DNA from: Methanobacteriota archaeon | GTDB taxonomy: Archaea > Thermoplasmatota > Poseidoniia > Poseidoniales > Poseidoniaceae | Length of the DNA: 29,773 nt | Direction of reading: 5' to 3' | NCBI GenBank assembly: GCA_011525095.1 | Contig: WTIV01000096.1 | Location: forward strand, 1 to 29,773 | Notes under the pieces: model-generated | Told to the model about the DNA's origin: nothing | The model's database searches: none | What the model saw: only the letters and a program-made list of their open reading frames with translations | Made by a program: the position numbers and the translations under genes | Part shown: positions 7,938-14,495 of the stretch, piece by piece | How the letters are laid out: each line of letters opens with the position of its first letter | Position numbering within the stretch: position 1 is the first letter of the stretch

Positions 7938-8804
7938 TCAATGCGGCTCCGCTATTCCTTGAACCCATACAATGAACAAATGTATGATGATTAGAGTTGT
8001 AACGATAACTGGTAGAATGAATACGTGAATGAAGTACATTCGTGTTACAGTTCTGTGTGAGAGGGAGGAACCAGAGAATAGTAACGTAGCGATGTACTTT
8101 CCAATCAATGGTGTAGCGTTTGCTAGGTTAATTCCGATAACAGCAGCTCCGTATGCCAGTGTATCCCATGGAAGTAGATATCCTGAGTAGCCGAAGACAA
8201 TTGTTAGTGCCATTAGAGCAACACCGATTAGCCAGTTTAACTCACGTGGATTGCGGTATGCACCAGTAAAGTATACTCTGCACATGTGTAAGAATACTGA
8301 TGCTACCATGAAGTGTGTACCCCAGTGGTGTACCGCACGGATGATGTAACCGAATGGAAGTTGTGTCATGATGAATTGCATACTCGCATATGCAGGGGAT
8401 GGATCACCCTCTCCACCTGGGACATAGTAGATTCCGAGAACGGTTCCAGTTAGTACTAGAATGATGAATGATAGGAATGAAATTCCACCCAAGCAATACA
8501 ATGGGTACCAATACCAAATGATACGGAGCTTGTATTTCTCTGCGTGTGTTAGAGGCATCTGTCTGTGCATGTTGTAGTATGCACCCTTGGACATATTCCA
8601 GTAGTCTTGAATCCTAAATCTAGTATCCAAGAATGAGAATACCCACAAGAACGCACGCTCAGCGAATCCCATCTTGCCGCTGGATTCAACAGCACGCAGA
8701 ATTTCTCTGCGAGGAATCTCTTCGTTTTCTTTGCGTAGAGTAAACGCAATCAAGACAATAATGAATGCTATGAAGAACCAAAGTACCCAGAAAATCGTGC
8801 TCAA
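7938..8804 (-). CDS. petB: Split cytochrome b (cytochrome b6 / PetB type) with N-terminal TM extension
   Basis: YCLGGISF, RAVHHW, FLHMCRVYFTGAY, RELNW, GYLLPWD, FIHVFILP...IIHLF, C-terminal QGIAEPH. All four heme-b His ligands are present. TTG start behind GAGGTGA. Confidence 0.92.
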   Translation of the reverse strand: MSTIFWVLWFFIAFIIVLIAFTLRKENEEIPRREILRAVESSGKMGFAERAFLWVFSFLDTRFRIQDYWNMSKGAYYNMHRQMPLTHAEKYKLRIIWYWYPLYCLGGISFLSFIILVLTGTVLGIYYVPGGEGDPSPAYASMQFIMTQLPFGYIIRAVHHWGTHFMVASVFLHMCRVYFTGAYRNPRELNWLIGVALMALTIVFGYSGYLLPWDTLAYGAAVIGINLANATPLIGKYIATLLFSGSSLSHRTVTRMYFIHVFILPVIVTTLIIIHLFIVWVQGIAEPH

Positions 8805-8813
8805 ATTATCACC

Positions 8814-9662
8814 TCAGTCGCAGTAGGTCAACCAGCCCGTGTAATCAGAAGACGCTTCGATAGTGTCTCCGTTCATAATGATTGGAATGATTGGTAGTCC
8901 AAGAGGCGCAGGACCACCAGCTCTTCTGATACCTAGGTATTCGAAAGAAGCACCAGTTGACCTGTTTGCGTTTCTGTTGACCTCGATCGCAGTTGGGTCG
9001 AATCTGCTGGAGTGGCAGATGCAGAACATTTTGCTTCCACCATCGTCTCCACCACCTGGGGTCCAGTTGTCATCTGTCTGAGTGTTTGATACAAGTTGCC
9101 AACCTGGGATACAGCACAGGTGTGTGCATCTTGCAAAGCTCATGACGAGGTTGTTGTTTGGGTCGAAGACTTCCGAGTTTCCGAGCAAGAATTCAGTTGC
9201 GTGGCCAACGTAGTTGCCACCGATGTCGTAACCTGCCATTTCTTGGAATCTTGGTAGGTTGTCTGCTACAGGCTTACCTGAGTTTTCAGCGTGAGGTACG
9301 TAGTTGACGATTACCGGTAGTCCATTCCAAACACCTTGTGCACCAGCCATGCCAACGTTTGAGTTGGCGGCTTCAGATTCGAAGTCTGACTTCATCATCG
9401 GTTGAAGGTGCTTAGCTCCATACCATGCTTCTTCTTCACGACCCTTTGCCCAGTAAAGAACTGAAGAGTCTCCTCCTCCACCACCGGATGGTGGCATCAG
9501 GATCGCAGCGAAACCTAATGCTCCGAGCGTTGCTGCTAGCACACCGCCAGCAGCGTTGAATCCGTATCGCATGAATTGCCTACGGTTAACCGAGACTTCA
9601 CCGAGTGAACCTAGAACTGAGTCTTCAAGTGATGGTGCTGGTCTTAATCTCCTGTCGTCCAT
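8814..9662 (-). CDS. petC: Rieske [2Fe-2S] protein with Tat signal-anchor
   Basis: VNRRQFMR twin-arginine motif plus TM helix and Gly-rich hinge; box 1 CTHLCC (9111-9128) and box 2 CICHSSRF (9012-9023). ATG at 9662 behind GGTGA is preferred over the ORF-track start at 9734, which overlaps the upstream gene. Confidence 0.9.
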   Translation of the reverse strand: MDDRRLRPAPSLEDSVLGSLGEVSVNRRQFMRYGFNAAGGVLAATLGALGFAAILMPPSGGGGGDSSVLYWAKGREEEAWYGAKHLQPMMKSDFESEAANSNVGMAGAQGVWNGLPVIVNYVPHAENSGKPVADNLPRFQEMAGYDIGGNYVGHATEFLLGNSEVFDPNNNLVMSFARCTHLCCIPGWQLVSNTQTDDNWTPGGGDDGGSKMFCICHSSRFDPTAIEVNRNANRSTGASFEYLGIRRAGGPAPLGLPIIPIIMNGDTIEASSDYTGWLTYCD

Positions 9663-9666
9663 AATA

Positions 9667-10119
9667 TCACCACTTGTATTCTCTCCAATCCTTCTGATGT
9701 TCAGGGATGTACTTGTTCTGGCTATGCTTGACAATGATTGTGTCAGGCAACACGAATTTCAGATAGATGATTCCCATCATAATCAGGGTTGTAATGCCCA
9801 TGGCCATGTGATAGGATAGTTGCTGTTGGTCCCAACTAGAGCCGTTGAGCAGCCCGTATAGCATAGTTCCAAACCAGTACAAGGCCCAGAAAATTCCCCA
9901 TGAGAAGAAGAATATCGTAAGGGCAGATTTACCCGATGGTGCCAAAGATGCTGAGATTACTGTACCTGGTTCTGCTGGATTGAATACTCCGTGATTAATC
10001 GCAGCATCCATCTGTTCTTCAGTGAGTGATGCATCTTCTAGTGCTGTGCGAGCATCCTTGACGCTCACCTTACCTGCAGCGACCTTCTCAAGCAGTTGTG
10101 TGATCGTGTCTTTAGCCAT
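9667..10119 (-). CDS. Hypothetical 2-TM protein, translationally coupled within the Rieske/cytb operon
   Basis: TGATG overlap with the upstream gene; its stop overlaps the Rieske RBS; short helical N-terminal domain followed by two TM helices. Confidence 0.7.
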   Translation of the reverse strand: MAKDTITQLLEKVAAGKVSVKDARTALEDASLTEEQMDAAINHGVFNPAEPGTVISASLAPSGKSALTIFFFSWGIFWALYWFGTMLYGLLNGSSWDQQQLSYHMAMGITTLIMMGIIYLKFVLPDTIIVKHSQNKYIPEHQKDWREYKW

Positions 10120-10922
10120 CACTGGTCACCTCTTCTGTTAATCTTGTATCTCAGTCTCAGCAAGTTGCTGCGGCCTTTGTAAGATGTTGAGAACCCGTAT
10201 CTTAGGAGGAGTCCACAGAATACAATCACTGCGATTACTGCGCCAAATCCTAGTAGTCCAAGCCAGTGTGCTCTGAAACCAGCACCAAGTGTCGAGATGT
10301 CGATTTCCCCGGCTTTACTTTCTGGTGCTTGTGGAGTTCCGCTTCCTGCGATTAGGGTTCTATCTCCTCTCTTATCATCTGCTGGCGCTTCTATTAGATT
10401 GAATACAATCTGGTTCCAATAATCTCCAGCGGGTCCGTCTGCTCCATTGACAGCGTTTCCGCTAATCCAGAAGTCGACAGTTGTTCCGCTAGAATTGTCA
10501 GCAGGTGCGGTCCATGTAAGTTCAAAGATTCTTGAGTTGGGCGATTGGTGTGTTCTGGTTGCTGCATCATCTTCCCATGCTTCGCCATCACCGGACCATT
10601 CTCCTGCGCTGACTCTAGCAGAGAATCCACCCATGTTAGTGTCCGGGCCACCGATGACTTCCAATCTCATGTCATACTCTGTATCTGCGACCCATGTGTA
10701 TGGGACACCGACAAGGAGGACCATGACATCGTTACTTGGCTGTTCTCCATGGCATAAACAACCCTCTTTGGCTACGTCATCGATTGTTTCTCCATTGTGA
10801 GAATGACCGCCAGCTCCGATGCCGTCTGGGTATGCGTTGGTGATGCCCGGCAAGAGCATCAAAGTTACAAGCACCATAGGCAGGAGACTTCGTTGGAAAA
10901 CCTTCGACATTAGCATCGCCAA
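10119..10922 (-). CDS. Exported Reeler-like (choice-of-anchor V-like) protein with CLCH motif and C-terminal membrane anchor
   Basis: Signal peptide ending ...GITNA; GHSH and GCLCHG; LTWTAPA..VDFWISGNAVNG..GDYW matches Reeler-like domains from memory; TM HWLGLLGFGAVIAVIVFCGLLL. Start could be 10922, 10916 or 10910. Confidence 0.7.
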   Translation of the reverse strand: MAMLMSKVFQRSLLPMVLVTLMLLPGITNAYPDGIGAGGHSHNGETIDDVAKEGCLCHGEQPSNDVMVLLVGVPYTWVADTEYDMRLEVIGGPDTNMGGFSARVSAGEWSGDGEAWEDDAATRTHQSPNSRIFELTWTAPADNSSGTTVDFWISGNAVNGADGPAGDYWNQIVFNLIEAPADDKRGDRTLIAGSGTPQAPESKAGEIDISTLGAGFRAHWLGLLGFGAVIAVIVFCGLLLRYGFSTSYKGRSNLLRLRYKINRRGDQ

Positions 10923-11070
10923 CCCCAGTGTTTAATCGGACTTGGATTGCGCCTATAATCGTTCCCTGCAGTTTCATCTAAGGGTTGCCGAGCAGTGTAA
11001 CATTTTGGCCCGTTTTTTTGCCTAAACATCCAAAGGCAAATCCTATGTTGATTTCCCCCTTGGTGTGACT

Positions 11071-11376
11071 ATGTCAGACCATCCTTTTGAGAACACCTAT
11101 GACCTCTCAAATGAACAACTTATCAAACTTGAGGAAGCAGAAGAGGAAATGCTTCGAAACAATCTTGGAAAATCTGAGGAAATTCTTCTCGAAATGTTAG
11201 AAGATGATGATGAATGCATACCGGTTTTGAACAATTTAGCGCATTTGTACGGAAGGCATTTTTCTGATTTTGAAAAAGCTGTAGAACTTTACGACAAAGT
11301 TTTGAGGCTTGAACCTGATAATGCTTGGGCTAGGGATGCTAGACGTCGCTATCAGAGATATGTGGGCAGAGATTGA
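11071..11376 (+). CDS. Small TPR-repeat protein
   Basis: VLNNLAHLYGRHFSDFEKAVELYDKVLRLEPDNAWA fits the TPR consensus. Confidence 0.8.
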   Translation: MSDHPFENTYDLSNEQLIKLEEAEEEMLRNNLGKSEEILLEMLEDDDECIPVLNNLAHLYGRHFSDFEKAVELYDKVLRLEPDNAWARDARRRYQRYVGRD

Positions 11377-11401
11377 ATAACCTCCTTGACGAGGGTTGGA
11401 T

Positions 11402-12331
11402 ATGGATGGCGCCCAAATCCTGATTGCAGGCGTCGGTGGATTGGGCTGCTCATGGGCAAAACGTGCCCACTCAAGAACAGGGCACGGCATTGACTTGGTA
11501 TTAATTGACGCAGATGAGTCTTCATTTGACTATCCAGAAGCTCACGTTATTCGCTTGGGTAAGGACTTGGATTCAACTGGCTGCGCAGCCCTTCCACCAC
11601 TAGGTGAGCAGAGGATGAGGCAGGCCTCTTCTGTATCTAGAACCCTTCTGAATGAAGTAGAGTTGGTGGTCCTGCTTACAGGTTTAGGCGGTGGGACAGG
11701 AACTGGTGCCTCGTCGGAATTTGCTAGACAAGCAAGGTTATCAGGTGCGATTGTGATATCGATTGCAGCAATACCTTTCGAGGCACAAGAAGCAAGATTG
11801 AAAGTGAGCAACGAGGGACTTGCAAGGTTGGAATCCAACTCAGATGTTTGTGTAAGATTGAGTCTAGATAGATTGGCTTGGCAAGCAAGGGAAAGAGGAA
11901 CAGATTGGAGGGTCGGAGCATCCTGGGTTGAAGAATTCGTTGAAGGATTGGTTAGGACTTTGATGAGACTTGGCCTGATTAATCTCGATATGATGGATCT
12001 AAAAACAATTGTTGGTCACTCCGGGGGTTCTACTCTTATGGTTGGCCAAGGGGATCCAGATGATGCAATTGGACTTCTTGAGGATGCTCTTAGTGCCCCA
12101 CTTGCAGATTTGTCTATGGATGGTGCTAAGGCCTGTTTACTCCAAATTGAGGGAGGCCCGGGCATGACTGTTGGACAAGTCGGTTTGATCGCAGACGCTT
12201 TCACTGCACGGTTTGATGAAGATGCTCAAGTTATCCTAGGTGCTCGTGTAAGTGATGACTTACAAGGCAGAATCAGGGTGGTTGCGGTGGTATCAGGTCT
12301 AGAAGAAAAATCCAATCTTAGTTTAGTCTGA
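11402..12331 (+). CDS. Divergent FtsZ/tubulin-family GTPase
   Basis: IAGVGGLG, signature GLGGGTGTG, PFEAQ, T7-loop GLINLDMMD and C-terminal GARV...RVVAVVSGL. Short, with no C-terminal tail. An alternative TTG start lies at 11396. Confidence 0.85.
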   Translation: MDGAQILIAGVGGLGCSWAKRAHSRTGHGIDLVLIDADESSFDYPEAHVIRLGKDLDSTGCAALPPLGEQRMRQASSVSRTLLNEVELVVLLTGLGGGTGTGASSEFARQARLSGAIVISIAAIPFEAQEARLKVSNEGLARLESNSDVCVRLSLDRLAWQARERGTDWRVGASWVEEFVEGLVRTLMRLGLINLDMMDLKTIVGHSGGSTLMVGQGDPDDAIGLLEDALSAPLADLSMDGAKACLLQIEGGPGMTVGQVGLIADAFTARFDEDAQVILGARVSDDLQGRIRVVAVVSGLEEKSNLSLV

Positions 12332-13645
12332 GTCTTCTTCTTGTTCGGAATCTTCCCCATCCCAGTCGGTTCCCTCTGAGATATCAATACCTTTTTGCCA
12401 ATCGATTTCTCCGTCTTCTTGCCATTCTTCATCAACAGTTTCTTTTTCTGTTTCTGAGTTGCTATCTTCTGTATCTTCGTCCTCTTCGGACTCAACCTCT
12501 TCTATTTCTTCTGACCTTGTAATGTCGACATTCTTTGCGTTGAGAAACATCTCAGAAGTCATTCTGCTAGTTCTGAGGGTAGGTCTCAACAATAGCATCA
12601 TTGCACAAATCGACAATACGTGTCCAAAAATCATGACTTCCTTTAGATTATCAAAAGTTCCAGTCAACATTGCCACTGATCCGGCATATGCATATCCAAA
12701 TGATATCCCTAGAGGTAATGAAGCGTGTTCAGATATCAGTCGCTTGCCATCCCTAACTGTGTATGTTGTGAGTGACCAAACTGCGAATATTACCGTGAAT
12801 GCCATTAGAAGACCTTCCTCGATGATTGTAGAGATATCAGAAGGACTCATAGCCGTACGGCGGTATATGCTAAAAGCGTGCCATGTGATGAATAATTGTG
12901 CTACTATCATCCACTTGAATGAAAATGCAGCCATTCCTTTTTCGTTCCCTGAGGCCTCTCTCTCACTCCTGGTTAGCCAAAGCGTGGTAGCTTGTAGGAT
13001 TATGCTGACAATGATGAAAGCGAATCCGCCTAGTAGCGCATCCTGAAGCGTCATCTTCTCTGCCTGGCTGATTATTTGGCCAAGCCACAATATTACCAAG
13101 GCGAAAACTTGGACAACTACAACCTGTGAAGCAGTTGATATCTTCTCTTGGTAAGTGTGAAGTTTAGCATCACCGAGTCCATTCGCCAACCACTCCACCA
13201 TTCCTGTTCTAAACGAAGCGGCTTGGGCAATCGACCAGACAATGAACAATGACGCTAGAGCAGGAGAAATCCAACCGTTATCATTTCCTCCAGTGAAACT
13301 CCACAACAGACCAACAATTACCGCAGCTATCAGTATTGGTACTATCGTTATACGAAAACTGAATAAAAAGCGCACTATCCACTGCGAATCTCCTTTTTCT
13401 TCAGGTAATTTTGTGAGGCTTTGTATCATTGAATTATTGGAAAGCATTGATACTAATATATACGAAATTGACAAAGATATGAAAGACATTGCAACGAGTA
13501 CTTCTTGCGTACTTACCAAAAATAGCAGAATAGATGAAATAACTGCTATCATGATAATGTGTGGTAATGTCCTGGGAGATAGCATATTACGGATTAATTG
13601 GAGGAATCCAATCTGCTTGAATTCCTGTTGAGAATCCTCTTCCAT
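12323..13645 (-). CDS. Hypothetical polytopic membrane protein (~10 TM) with very acidic C-terminal tail
   Basis: 440-aa ORF, GAGGGG RBS, alternating hydrophobic segments, last ~65 aa rich in D/E. Confidence 0.75.
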   Translation of the reverse strand: MEEDSQQEFKQIGFLQLIRNMLSPRTLPHIIMIAVISSILLFLVSTQEVLVAMSFISLSISYILVSMLSNNSMIQSLTKLPEEKGDSQWIVRFLFSFRITIVPILIAAVIVGLLWSFTGGNDNGWISPALASLFIVWSIAQAASFRTGMVEWLANGLGDAKLHTYQEKISTASQVVVVQVFALVILWLGQIISQAEKMTLQDALLGGFAFIIVSIILQATTLWLTRSEREASGNEKGMAAFSFKWMIVAQLFITWHAFSIYRRTAMSPSDISTIIEEGLLMAFTVIFAVWSLTTYTVRDGKRLISEHASLPLGISFGYAYAGSVAMLTGTFDNLKEVMIFGHVLSICAMMLLLRPTLRTSRMTSEMFLNAKNVDITRSEEIEEVESEEDEDTEDSNSETEKETVDEEWQEDGEIDWQKGIDISEGTDWDGEDSEQEEDSD

Positions 13646-13652
13646 AATGTCC

Positions 13653-13704
13653 CCTCACTAAGGGCAGCGTTGGCATTATGTTAAGATAAATGCCCTTGAC
13701 GAGG
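13653..13704. promoter_or_regulatory. Imperfect inverted repeat spanning a divergent promoter region
   Basis: Arms cctcactaagggca (13653-13666) and tgcccttgacgagg (13691-13704) match at 11/14 and enclose a 24-nt core with an AT-rich stretch. Function is inferred. Confidence 0.4.
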
Positions 13705-13708
13705 TTGC

Positions 13709-13993
13709 ATGGCCAAGAAATTGACGAAGGCTCTCCGAGGCAAGCGTCGATGGATTGGTTGTGAAGTGGGAAGTTTTCAAAGTCGGTCTGAACTTTCAGA
13801 GTATGCATCAAATTATCCACTAAAATTATACGATTTTGAAGAAGGCAAATGCATCTTCATGGTCCGGTTAGAAGATTATGAATCAATCAAGGAAGAGCTG
13901 TCAAACAGTAGAATCAAAACTTTAACCTCCAGCGGGAAAATTAGACTTGTTCGAGAGAGAATGAATTTTACTCGCAAGCCTAGAAAGCGTTGA
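13709..13993 (+). CDS. rnp2: RNase P protein component Pop5/Rpp14-like (short)
   Basis: LTKALRGKRRWIG resembles the LpptLRekkRYi start of archaeal Pop5; IFMVRLEDY and TLTSSGKIRLVR resemble the C-terminal SGTik motif. Confidence 0.65.
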   Translation: MAKKLTKALRGKRRWIGCEVGSFQSRSELSEYASNYPLKLYDFEEGKCIFMVRLEDYESIKEELSNSRIKTLTSSGKIRLVRERMNFTRKPRKR

Positions 13994-14063
13994 AGAGCCC
14001 TCTCTCCTCCGGAGGGTCATGGGAGCAGGAGGGGCAGCACCGCCTGTAAAAAGTGAGGATGTT

Positions 14064-14495
14064 ATGATTCTCATTGGTTCAACCATACTACTTACTCTCT
14101 TAGTACTTCAAGCATGGTCGACGCCAATCGCAGTAGATTGTGATGAAGAAGAGTGCGAAACTTTCGAGATAAAGTATGATTTATCGGCGGGTGATACTTT
14201 CAGTCTCGATGTAATAGAAGGGGAAATAAGGCCAACAATCATTCTTCCTGATGGTTCCTCTGACTTTGATGACAATCAAAAAGGAAATTGGGAATACGAA
14301 GCAAAATCTGATGGTGTCCATACTTTCCAAATTTTGGGTCTAGAAGATTCAAGCATTGATTACTCTGTCAGTCGAGGCATAGTATTCGATTACGGACTAT
14401 ACCCGGTTGGCGCATTGGTACTAGCTTTTGGAATTTTGAAGAGAATTACAAAAGATGTTGAGGAAGAAGCATTAGAGGCACTGCTCGAGGATTAG
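14064..14495 (+). CDS. Hypothetical exported protein with acidic beta-rich domain and C-terminal TM anchor
   Basis: Signal-like MILIGSTILLTLLVLQAWS begins at ATG 14064 behind GAGGA (alternative start 14019); C-terminal hydrophobic helix. Confidence 0.7.
   Translation: MILIGSTILLTLLVLQAWSTPIAVDCDEEECETFEIKYDLSAGDTFSLDVIEGEIRPTIILPDGSSDFDDNQKGNWEYEAKSDGVHTFQILGLEDSSIDYSVSRGIVFDYGLYPVGALVLAFGILKRITKDVEEEALEALLED

Noticed and set aside
9663-9734. N-terminal extension of Rieske overlapping the upstream gene
   Set aside because: A GGTGA RBS precedes ATG 9662; the longer start would overlap the upstream CDS by 68 nt.
11017-11040. 7-bp inverted repeat tttgcct-N10-aggcaaa in the divergent promoter of the respiratory operon
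   Set aside because: A single short occurrence that could be chance; I saw no second copy in the window to support an operator call.
12323-12331. Convergent 3' overlaps (also 14492-14495)
   Set aside because: Short tail-to-tail overlaps are ordinary in compact genomes.
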